64,000 nt of DNA from Takakia lepidozioides (Eukaryota > Plantae > Bryophyta). Location: NCBI GenBank assembly GCA_030704615.1, contig CM060731.1, positions 7,006,001 to 7,070,000 of the forward strand. The letters run 5' to 3'. The notes under the pieces were generated by a model. It was not told the origin of the DNA and did no database searches. It worked only from the letters and a program-made list of their open reading frames with translations. The number at the start of each line of letters is the position of its first letter. Positions within the stretch are counted from its first letter, which is position 1. Positions 1 to 10,379 of this stretch are shown piece by piece. The position numbers and the translations under genes were made by a program.

Positions 1-590
1 CTAAGGTACTTCATGTTCTCTGGTTTGCTTGGGCTGCCACAACAAACTGACCTTGTGGTTTGCTTTTGCTTGCATTGCATTTTGTGGGTGCTAATGCCAA
101 GTGTGTTTTGTGCTTCTATGTAGGTTTTGCATAGTTCTTCAACACTGTGAAGAGCAACCTCATTGCCCATGGTTTGCTGGGACTGAACTCACTAACCCCC
201 ATTTCCTGCTTCAGTATATTGTTTTTTGGCTTGCATGTTGGCTGTACTGTATAAAAGGGTAGTTTGGGACACCATCTTCATCTTCCTTTCATGTGTCTTC
301 TTCTTTTGCTCTTGATTTTCTGTTGTGGGTAAGTGGGTGCTCGGGTACCTTGTATTTTTGGTTTTTCCAGGGTTTTCTAGTTTCCTGTTGGTGTGGTGTG
401 CAATCACATGCCTTCATTGCGCATCAGAGCTGTGCCTCCAAAGGTTCCTCCTGCTTTGTACAACGTAGGCATATATTTTGATGGGTTGGCTGTAGGATTG
501 GGTGCAAGTGAGAGTGACATGGATTTCATTAGAGGATGCTTAGGCCATGAGTTCTTGGTGTCTCTCTAGCCTCCACCTGGTGTAAGTCCT

Positions 591-984
591 TTGAGTTTCA
601 GTCCCACACCTAGTGAGCTTAGGTATCACTTCAGGCGTCAAGTTGCAAGGAGACTTGGTTGGAAAGCTCGGAGAGATGAGGGGTCTAGCACAGGGTTTAG
701 TGATCTGGTCAACTGCCTCTTGCGCACAATTGTTTACCCGGATCACCCACACTATGTCTGGACAGTGGAACCTGAAGAGAATAGCCAGGTAAGCGGCCAA
801 ACAGAGGCGCTTATAACGCTTGTCACAACTTCCCTTGGACCAAATGCAAATGATGTGGAATCAGGACCTGAGGCAACCAACAGTACTTCAGCCCCTAGTG
901 CACCCATCATCGACTTTTCACTGCCAGTCCTCCCCACTGTTGATGGAATCAGCAATGTGCTATGGCCAGAACTTGACCTTGAAA
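591..984 (+). pseudogene. 5' part of an unknown ORF interrupted by CACTA and Gypsy insertions (continues at 14173-14449)
   Basis: Removing both insertions and one TSD copy of each rejoins ...WPELDLE to IAPTGLIHSEP... in frame (ctt gaa a|ta gcc cca). No recognisable domain. Confidence 0.55.
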
Positions 985-2163
985 CACTACAAGAAAAAGG
1001 GGGGGGGGGGGGGGGGGGGGGTTTTCGACGCCGCGGTGTCGTAAAACAACCCTTTTCGGGCCGGGGAAAAAACCAAATTTGCGACGCCCGGGCGTCGCAA
1101 AGGCGTCGCCAAAAAAACGTCACAAATTTGCGACCAATGGGGATCGCAAATATGCGAAACCGTGATTTGCGACGCCCGGATGTCAGGGGGAAAAAAAAAA
1201 AAAAAAAAAAAAAAAAAACTACTCTACAATGCAGAATTAGCACCATCCGGGGGTCGCAAAGTGCAACGCCCGGACGTCACAATTTAAGGGGGTACATTTG
1301 AATTTAGGCGGGAAAATTTGAATTTGAAATTTGAAAAACTTGTTGACCATTGACCCTGGCGCTGACCATTGAATCCGGTTCTGTCTAATGGCGATATGTT
1401 CATTGTTCTACATATATCATGCAACGCATACTTGAACCTAAGACCTCCACGTTACAACATTTATAAGACACTACAAACTAACCAACACACCAACGTTACC
1501 TCTATATATCACAAAAGCAATTTAAATATATATATATATATAAAGATTTCCTTCAAGTTCCTTCAAGTTCCTTCTAAGGAGGTCTCTCTTGTGACGCCGG
1601 GGAGTTGCAACCTCCACAGCCTTAGTGCCCAGCCCCAGCCCCAGTCCCAGCATTGTCGCCGTTGTTGTATCCCCCCACCACCAGACATCCTTGTGTGGAC
1701 CTAAGCTGACCACAACACCATTGCGACCCCCTGACGTCGCAACGTTGGGCGTCCCAGCGCGGGATGCTCCCAGCGACGCTTTTGTGAAGTTGAGGGCCGC
1801 AAAGCCCAAAAAAAAAAAAAAAAAAAACTCCCACTGTGGTGATGTTGTTGCAACGCCGTGGCATCGCAGAGGCGTTGGGGCGCCCTTAGTGACGCTTTTG
1901 CGACGCCGAGGCGTCACAACGTCCAATTTTTTTTATTTTTTTTATTTTTTTCCTTGGATTTCCGACGCCGGGGCGTCGCAAGAAAAAAAATCCGTCGCAG
2001 CGAGGGCCCTCTTTCCCCCTTCATGCCACCTTACGACGGCTGGGCATCGTAATGGTGTCACAGCGGGGGATTGCGACGCCGGGGCGCCGCAAAAAACGCC
2101 GCGCGGGGCGTGGGGGCGTAGGGGCGCGGCTGGCGTCGCAAACCCCCCACATTTGCTGTAGTG
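985..2163. mobile_element. Non-autonomous CACTA (EnSpm) DNA transposon
   Basis: Ends CACTACAAGAAAA...TTTGCTGTAGTG; 3-bp TSD AAA (982-984 and 2164-2166); many subterminal GCGACGCC/GGCGTCGC repeats; no transposase. Confidence 0.9.
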
Positions 2164-2170
2164 AAATAGC

Positions 2171-2524
2171 TGTGAAGTTAAATAAGCACAGTGTGAAACT
2201 AACTAGAATAAAGCTAGTTATTTATATTTAACACTTGGATTTAGGTCAAGTGTTAAATCAGGTGTCAAGTTTAGTTTGATACCTGAACCGTCTTATCTTC
2301 ACGAGAGCGTCAGTCGCGCAACTCATCTCTCTCGAGTTGAGCCTGTGCGACCGAGCTCCTTCACGCTTTAGAATCTGAGTGTGCTTATGTATGGAGTATA
2401 GGTTGTTGTGGGGTGGAGTCCCCATAGCTTGGGGTGCCCCTGGCTCGACTATTATCTTAAAGAGTGATAGCGATAGATTTCATGTTTCTTGTGTTAAGAG
2501 TGTGTGTCCTTTAGCTTTCTATCA
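2171..2524 (+). repeat. Repeat A1 (5' LTR-like, about 354 bp, TG...CA)
   Basis: About 97% identical to 13732-14086 by eye; homologous to 42717-43066 and 34523-34872. Confidence 0.93.
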
Positions 2525-2538
2525 CTCGAGAGAGATGA
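2524..2538 (+). promoter_or_regulatory. Primer-binding-site position, complementary to the LTR itself (putative self-priming)
   Basis: ACTCGAGAGAGATGA at the A1 3' end is the exact reverse complement of TCATCTCTCTCGAGT (2323-2337). No TGG-starting tRNA PBS. Same arrangement in copy 2. Confidence 0.7.
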
Positions 2539-3462
2539 CTCTATCTAGTTTTCCAGTGCTAAGCTAGATATGATGTTTTTGTTTTTTTAAGCATTATTAT
2601 AATATAGCTTGGTCACGGGGAGCAGAACAGGAAGGCGGAAACCATTCGAAGTGTTGCTGCAGCAGTTCAAAGCCAACAATAATCGGCCCCGGGGATGCCC
2701 GTTTGTTTGAGGCTGGTGGAAGCATTCGCAGGGGTCGCCTACACATTCTCATTTGGAGTGTGCGCTGCAGGTAATCCTGTTGCGGTGGGGTCCCTGGTGT
2801 CAAACCAGGCTGTTACGGTGGTAGGAGGGTCAGCGTGGCCGCGGCGGATGGTTTTGCTGCAGAGCTCGCAATTCCCAAGCGCGGTGGAGCAATATGTTGA
2901 AATTCCAGTAGTGCAAGCGTCATGAATGTGTGTTGCAGGTTGATTGGGTGGTTGATGGACTTGCGCCTCCGTGCAAGAATCTGAGAGAGACACAGATTAC
3001 TTGCCATGGCAGCTACATAAGGGAGAAAGTGACCTCGAGGATGAATATAAGAAGGGATATGCTCTGGAAGTCGCTTTCGCTCCTCAATAATTTCGAACGC
3101 AGAGAGTAGAAACAGCGTGTCATTTTGGTACCCGGCATGAAGACGACAGAGGTCGTGGCTCTGGCCTGACTCCCTACAGTAAGCAGGAAATATATCCTAC
3201 TTACAATCCCGGCAACAAATGGGTAAGAGCTTCGAAGGCTGGCCCAGATCGTTTGAACTTTGGACGGTCTGCAGACATATTTCTTGTTTTCGAGCAATGT
3301 GGCAGACAGCTGCTGTCATTCCAGCTGAGAAGGTGGATGTGATGTCCATGTAAGCATTAGCTATTCACAACCTACAACGTCTTCGTAGTCCACAGTCGAC
3401 TATTTGCCGTTCTCTTTCTGCCGCGGTTGCCAAATTGACCCGGCGATTAGGAGGCTGAAGCT

Positions 3463-3558
3463 ATGGCAGGAGTTGAGACAGGCCATGACGCACCAGCCAT
3501 GGTAGTGTCTGAAGGGAAGACTGTTGCAGTTATCATGGTCGGCGGTCCAACAAAAGGT
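3463..3558 (+). pseudogene. Captured fragment of GDP-mannose pyrophosphorylase alpha/KONJAC-type gene (N-terminus)
   Basis: Translates MAGVETGHDAPAMVVSEGKTVAVIMVGGPTKG; AVIMVGGPTKG is the GMPPA/KJC N-terminal signature. Confidence 0.7.
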
Positions 3559-4214
3559 GATCCAAAATCTCTTTGGTAGGTGGTGTGGAGCCATTCAGGC
3601 TATGAACGTGCGGCTCGAACTTTACGAGCCGATCAATGACCGGGCATGGGGGCTTATTGCACCATTGGGTGTAGATGCTCGGATTCTTGCAAGGACAGGT
3701 AATCGGGGGAGGCGAGAAGGTCGTATGCTTTCTCCACTTTCCCTTGCATCTGGACCCCGGAGGCCATCTCCATAACAAACGCCCTGTCACCTTTTAGGAG
3801 TGCAACTCCATCTTGCGCTGGGTGTAGTAGTTCGATTTTGAGAACTCCAGAGCAAAGCTTGCTGCCATGCTTCGTGACGCCGTGAGTGGGGAGTATAAGA
3901 CCTTGCCTAGAGGGATATTCATTTCCTCAAGTCGCTTCCTGGCATGACACAAGGCTTGCTCTTTGGGCATATCGGTGTCACCATCGAACCTGGTGAGAAT
4001 GTGACAGGGAGTAGCAGACAGGCCTGAGTTCGGGACAATTGGGGTCGAAGTTAGCACCTCACCGAGCGATTTATTGCACCCATGAGCAGGTTGTGTATGG
4101 CTCCTCTTTCGCTCCATCTAGGATGGGTTCCACGCCGAATGCCACTGGTTCAATGCCCTCTGCCCTATCGACCTGACAGGAGGCCAGAGCCTCGTACCTT
4201 CTAATCTCGCTCCT

Positions 4215-4403
4215 ATGAACTTCGTTCCTGCACCTGCGGAAAAGGGTGTCACAGGGTTTATGATCAACTCTCTTATGGGTGGAGTCTTTGCAGCTGTGTC
4301 TCAGACTGCTGCGGCTCCCATCGAGCGAGTGAAGCTTCTCACCCAGAACCAAGATGAAATGCTGAAATCAGGTCGCCTTGCAGAGCAGTTCACCAGTGTT
4401 TGA
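4215..4403 (+). pseudogene. AAC: Captured fragment of mitochondrial ADP/ATP carrier
   Basis: [49 protein letters not shown] matches the first transmembrane repeat of plant AAC; truncated. Confidence 0.9.
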
Positions 4404-4887
4404 AACACCTGTAGGTAAAATCCAGGGAATCTGTGAAAACTACATGGACGTGTTGGGAACTCGTAGGTGACTTGGGAACAGTTTTTGATGGCGAGAACGT
4501 TTTGGGTGTGAAAAATTAAAAGAAATTCGTTCTTTGATCTAATTTAAATTAGATAGAGCCTGTTTGGCCATAACTTTGGCCTACCAAGGCCGTTTGACCC
4601 AAAACTTGCACAGGGACCTACAGAAAGGGGAAATCTACCTATCTAGACCTGGTTTTAGTTTTTTGGACTCTGCTAAAAATCTATGGAATTTTTTGGGTGT
4701 GAGTGTGCTATGAAAGATCCACAATTCTGTTTCTAGAACCTGTTGTGGTCTACATGAGAGACAAATCTGTGGATGTCCTCCTTGTATGGGTGGGGGAAAT
4801 TAGGACGTAATTGAAGGGCGGGTCTCTTCTCTTAGCCTGTGCACCCAAGGGGACAAGATTTATGTTTCCCAAGGAACTCAGATTGAT

Positions 4888-5535
4888 TTGAGTAGAGAAC
4901 AGTTGGACGAGTTGATTGCATTCTGGGATTCAGGCATTAGCAGTAGACAACAAACTGCTGTAGTTGGCGTTGAGGGCCTCAATATTGCTTTGGACAGTCA
5001 AAACTCTGTTGGAGCCAGCAGTTCTGCAGCTGTAGGTGAAATACCAAAGTGGGTGAAAGCTAGGCTTGGAACACAGCCAAAGACAGCCCCGGGGACCAAG
5101 GTGTTCAGCCACAAGGCCGTGGTGTACTGGAGGAGAGGAGCAGGAGCTACACAAGTTTGTGCAATCAGACATGGTTGCAGCCGGAGACGCTCTGCACAAA
5201 GCAACCACGAGCGGGGGTTCATTAGCAATGACAAGTTTGTTCTGCGTGAAGGAGATGCAGTCATTCGCAATGAGGACACCCGCAACCGTCTCAAAGCTTT
5301 CGAGTTGAGAGACTATCAGACCCTACCTTTGTTTTCTTAAGTGTTCAATGAACGGGAGATAGGGGAGTATTGCTTTGTCTCTACCTGGCAGAAAGAGGAG
5401 GAGGGTTGGTTAGAGCGAGCTACTATAGCTTGGGATAAGGTTAGTGGCAGGTTTCTGGACATAGATATACCTCCTACACCTTACCATCATGCAGAGCGAG
5501 GCACTTTGAGAGAAGTCTGGCAGTTGATAGCATAG
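4888..5535 (+). pseudogene. Accessory ORF0 of the Gypsy element (unknown function), internal stop at 5338-5340
   Basis: The homologous ORF is uninterrupted in copy 2 (39857-40504). Confidence 0.65.
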
Positions 5536-6055
5536 ATCAGGATTAGATCTTGCTTGGTCGGGCTTCTATTCTTCCCCTCCCTCTCTTTAATATTTCCATT
5601 ACTTTGTACTTGTAGTTGCCAAAGCCTCTCTTGGTGGAGGCCAGTCAGTCCGGGGTTTTGGGCTGGGATATTCTGCAGGATCAGCATTGCAGATGGATTT
5701 TGGTGTGGGGGTGTTGATGTTTTGATTTCTTGTGTTTGGATCCCCCCCAACACCTACATGCTTGACTGTGCGCCATGTTGGTTTTGTGTGGGCGCTTGCT
5801 TTCATAGGGATTAGGCCGGATTTGATCACCGGTCAATCCTAGGGTATGCTGTCGGTGATGAGGCTGGAGTGATGACCAGCAAGACCACCAGTGTTTCTTC
5901 TATGGTGAGACTAGGTTGATGACCAGCCAACCATAGGAGTTCTTGCGGTGGGTGCAGGTGCAGGTGCCCTGAGCCATTGGGATATGACCCTTAAACTGCA
6001 ACAGGTGCCCACCCGTGTCACTATTAGAATTAGTACTAGAGCCTTATAGTGTCAC

Positions 6056-7700
6056 GTGGGGGAGGTGCACATTGTGAGTGTCATCACGGAGTTACCCAGG
6101 GGTTCTGAGGGGAGTACGGCTACAGGCAGTAGCAGTGAGAGTGGGTTCACCAGACGAGGTGTTCGTTTCAGACCACCTTCACCTCCACCCTCAACTAGTG
6201 CAGAGTCAGACACAGACTCGGAGGCTTCATCAACAGGGTGCAGTTTCATTCGCCATTGTTGTGGGACGACATGGAGGAGATGTATGGAGCTACCAAGGGG
6301 CCTCGTAGGTACTCTAGAGCTATGGGCACAATTGAGCTGGATGACTTTATCTAGGAGTTCGACAGTTGGTGTGATTTGCAGCAGATGCGCAATCCACAAC
6401 TGTTCACCCCATTCATGGCGTGGAAGGGACTGTTCCAGCATTTGGAAGGCCCGCCTATGGATGATTACCACGAGTTCAGGCGAGGACATGAAGCAAAGAT
6501 TGAGGAGTGGAGGATGTATTGGTCACCTGACTATGTCTCCATTACTCGAGGCACGACGCGACCAGTAGCTGCATCAGTACCAATATCTCCCACTGCCAGC
6601 ACTAGTACTGGAACAAGTAGTGCTGGTACTTCGGCAGGTGGTACCACTTCAAAAGGTGCTACTACTCCTCCTGCCACGACTACAACACATGTGCCTAGAT
6701 TCAACCCGGTGGTGGAGTTCTTCCAGGAGTTGCGGAGGAACTACCAAGGTGTACGGACAGAGAAGCTGCGAAGTTTGCAAGACTTCCAGCGCAAACCCAG
6801 TGAGAGCTTGCGAGAGGCCTACACTCGTATGAGGCGCTTGATAAGTGTGACCCAAGGGGTTACTGAAGCTCAGGCAATCCAGTTCTGGTATGGAATTTTG
6901 GACAAGGAGCTCAGGAGAAGGGTGCGGGATGCAACCCTGTTACAAGCAGCCCAACCCACATTAGCAGATGTGTTTCTGCTGGCTGAGCGGATTGAGCTCA
7001 ACATGGTGGAGGAGCGAGTTGTTACCATTGGATTTGGCAAAGACATGCCTGCACGAGGCGCAGCTGCCAGCCCACAGGCACAAGGGACTGCCCAACAGCG
7101 TGGTCAGGGGGGCAAGGTTTCCCAACCCAAGTTCCATGGAGCTTACAGGGGACCTCAGGTGCAGAGGCCCGTGGCATCTTTTGCAGGCCAACAACAACCA
7201 GGGGTGATATGTTGGACATGTGGAGGACCCCATGTCAAGAGAGATTGCCCAGAGAGTGGCAGAAGGCCGACACAAGCACAGCCTGCACAGTTGCAGTGTG
7301 GGCATTGTGGCAAGTATGGGCATGGAGATGCCCAGTGTTATGACTTGCATCTTGAGTTGCGCCCAGGCCAGTTCCAAGGGAACAATGGTGGCCGGGGGCG
7401 AGGTGGACCAGCCCAGAGAGGACGAGGTGGCCGGGCACGAGGTGCAGGCCAAGGGCAAGCTCAACATGGCCAAGGACGCGGAGGTCAGGGTGTTGACCAA
7501 GGCATGGCCAACCGGCTTCAGCAGCTAGAGCAGATGCTCACTGCCATGGCTACAGCTCAGGCGGTACGGCTCCCAGGCGGGATAGTCCACCTCCTGCGCC
7601 TGAGGGAGGAGATATGGGAGGCATGGGATTCATGTGCGGAGCAGCACTACCACTAGTGCAGGTGGAGTCTGCTGCAGCCGTGACTCGAGGAGCAGCACGA
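6056..7700 (+). pseudogene. gag: gag region (retrotransposon gag domain, two CCHC knuckles, RG-rich tail)
   Basis: LQDFQRKPSESLREAYTRMRRL gag motif; CWTCGGPHVKRDC and CGHCGKYGHGDAQC knuckles; frameshifted. Confidence 0.85.
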
Positions 7701-8213
7701 GTTTGAGCCACGAGGTGCAGAGGTGGAATTGAATCCACAGCGTGGGGAGGCAATCCGTTAGGCGAGGCTTCCTCAGTCATTCACATTGGCGGAGACAATG
7801 TCGACGCCATCCATGGCACCTAGTTCTCGCCCGACTGTTACCGAGGCGGAGGTTACTATGCCATTGGGGAGAGCTACACGTGCAGCACTGACACCTGCTA
7901 CCAAGGCTAGTGCAGCCGGTGTGTTGTTGGGGGCAGCCACCTCTGTGTGTCAAGCCCCATTGTTCTCGGCAACCATGATTGCGACGCCGGGGGTAAGACC
8001 AGCTGCAGTGTTCAGACTAGCAGCAACACTCTGTGAGAGTGGGGAGGTCACTTCATCTTCTGCAAGTTACTGGAAGGTGTAGTGGCAAGGGATCCTCGGA
8101 TTTGAGGGTCAAGACTGCCACGGCTGCGCCATGGCAAGCTGCAGCTGCCAGGTTGACGGAGCTGCCAACTAGGCCAACCTTTGAGCGCGCCATGGTGACA
8201 CCCTAGAGTTGTC

Positions 8214-10184
8214 TTGTTAGACAACCAGGATGACATTTACTCTTTGAGTGGACCGGCAGGCAAGAAGTACCGGCCACTGCGGGTCTTGTTGGACTCAGGA
8301 GCTCAGCCACTGATGTTGGGCAGAGCTGCTATTGCAGGTTTGGGCCTCATGGAGGCGGATATGGAGCCTTGTCCTTTCCAGATACAGACATCTCTGGGAG
8401 GATCAGAGCAGGCTCGGGGCATGACACGGCGTGAGTTGGCCATTAGACTGCAGCCGGATCATCCTATAGATGGCTCAGTGATGCGAGCCAAGGCCATTGT
8501 GACAGACGCAATCTCTTACGATGTCCTCGTTGGTGGGGCAGTGTTATATCCCATGGGCTTCACCCTGGACTTTTGGGAAGAGTCAGCATCCTACAGGCCT
8601 GGATGGCAGTTAGGGGATGGTCGTCGTGCACAGCTCCCTGTGACATTCATTGGGGGTATTGCGGCTGCCCAGCGGGGCAAGATGCCAACACTAGCCGCCT
8701 TTACAGGTGTAGTTAGTTGGCCTGGAGAGTTGCTGGTAGGCAATGCCCATGCAAAGGATGTGCCACCTCCAGCAGAGCAGGATGACATGCATGGTACGGC
8801 GGAATTGCCTGCCATGGTTGCTCACACTCCATTGTGGGGTACGGGCAAAGATTTGCAGCAGGCTGCTGATGGACGGGTGCAACAAGCCTGGGTGGACGCT
8901 TTCGTACCGTCAGGAGAGGAGGAGAGTGCGGTGATTGCACCAGGACCACCTCAGTTGTTGCCATTGGACACTACACTTCTTGTGTGGCAGTGCCCGGATG
9001 AAGGCATATGCCTTCTGGACTTGTTTGGCGGGATCAGCATTGGATTGGCTGCAGTACTGCAGGCAGGTGTAAGAGTTCGACGTTACCTATATGTGGAGAG
9101 GGATGAGACTGCAAGACACGTCTCACTGTGCCATGTTGCTCAGTTGGTACAGCAGTACCCTGATTTGTTGCTAGTGTCTGCAGTTCGTGGATACCAACAA
9201 GCCTTGCCAGCAGACATTTCGTTGCTGGGGGCGCAGGATTTGGAGCAGGTTGGCTCCATTGATCTGGTAGTGGCAGGTTGGCCCTGCCAAGGGCATTCAT
9301 CAGCCGGGCATGGCAATGGATTGCGAGACTCAATGACGGGTCTGTTTTGGGAGATGGTGCGGGTTTTGCACCACTTGCAGCTTCATCGAGCTGTATCTCC
9401 AGCATACATCTTGGAGAATGTGCCACTGATGGGTGATTCTCGAGCCAGGGTGATGGCTAGTGTGCATCAAGTCCGGTCGTGGCTTGGGTCAACAATGTTG
9501 CTGGATGCAGCTGCAGTGGGGTCACGGGCTCATCGTCCACGGCTATGGTGGACTAATTTGATGCCACCCGCACTGCTCAAGCGTGCATTTGATGGGGTGC
9601 AGCGGCCAGCACACCTCACAGTGGATAGCATTTTGGACACATGGAGGCAGTCTCAACGTGTGAGACACGATGACCGTTCGCCTTTGGCAGTGGTCAACAG
9701 GGTGGGTCAACCACGAGCAGCATTACCTACACTGCTCAGCTTCCCAGGATCCCATGCTTTTCGGGATGGTGGACCTGGCCTCTTGTGGGATAGCCAGTTG
9801 CAACAATTAGTGGAGCCCAATGCTAACGAGCGCAAGCGGGCAATGGGTTTTACCACTGGTACCACGGCGGTGCCATCTCTTTCTGAGGCATCACGTCGTC
9901 AGGTGTTGGGGCAAGCAATGGATCTCAATTGCTTGACCTGGATTATCAGCTTGGCTATGGCTGAGCAGCGCAGAGTACAAAGTACACTTCCCTTCATGGT
10001 CTCCCTGCCTACCGAGACGGTACAGGCAGCGAGTGGGGGCGAGCAGGTGAGGACCATGAGGTGCAGGCCGCATCCATGGCACACGTGGGGTGCTCGAGGT
10101 TCAGAAGGAGTCGGCAGCCAAGGCGGCGGTGATGGATCAGGTTGGGATTTTCTCGGGTTGAGGAGGTCCTCAAGGATGGGATGA
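8214..10184 (+). CDS. Aspartic protease plus C5 DNA cytosine methyltransferase (DNMT3-like) part of the polyprotein
   Basis: VLLDSGAQ protease motif. DNMT domain about 9004-9960 with motifs I LLDLFGGIS, II YVERD, IV GWPCQGHS (Cys 9285-9287), VI ILENV, VIII AHRPRLWWTN, IX ERKRAMGF, X RRQVLGQAMD, all in one open frame. Confidence 0.93.
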   Translation: MLDNQDDIYSLSGPAGKKYRPLRVLLDSGAQPLMLGRAAIAGLGLMEADMEPCPFQIQTSLGGSEQARGMTRRELAIRLQPDHPIDGSVMRAKAIVTDAISYDVLVGGAVLYPMGFTLDFWEESASYRPGWQLGDGRRAQLPVTFIGGIAAAQRGKMPTLAAFTGVVSWPGELLVGNAHAKDVPPPAEQDDMHGTAELPAMVAHTPLWGTGKDLQQAADGRVQQAWVDAFVPSGEEESAVIAPGPPQLLPLDTTLLVWQCPDEGICLLDLFGGISIGLAAVLQAGVRVRRYLYVERDETARHVSLCHVAQLVQQYPDLLLVSAVRGYQQALPADISLLGAQDLEQVGSIDLVVAGWPCQGHSSAGHGNGLRDSMTGLFWEMVRVLHHLQLHRAVSPAYILENVPLMGDSRARVMASVHQVRSWLGSTMLLDAAAVGSRAHRPRLWWTNLMPPALLKRAFDGVQRPAHLTVDSILDTWRQSQRVRHDDRSPLAVVNRVGQPRAALPTLLSFPGSHAFRDGGPGLLWDSQLQQLVEPNANERKRAMGFTTGTTAVPSLSEASRRQVLGQAMDLNCLTWIISLAMAEQRRVQSTLPFMVSLPTETVQAASGGEQVRTMRCRPHPWHTWGARGSEGVGSQGGGDGSGWDFLGLRRSSRMG

Positions 10185-10379
10185 TGGGGCAGGGTGAGAC
10201 ATTGTCACTGACAGAGGAGGCAGTGGTCACTGCTCAAGAGGTTGCCGCATAGCAACCACGGGACGCGTCTTCTACCTCTAAGCCTGCTGGACTCAAGGTT
10301 GCAGTCACGGAGGACAACTGGGAGCCTGATGTTGGACCTATAGTCACCGGAGGAGAGAGACGACGTATACGGCGGTTCT

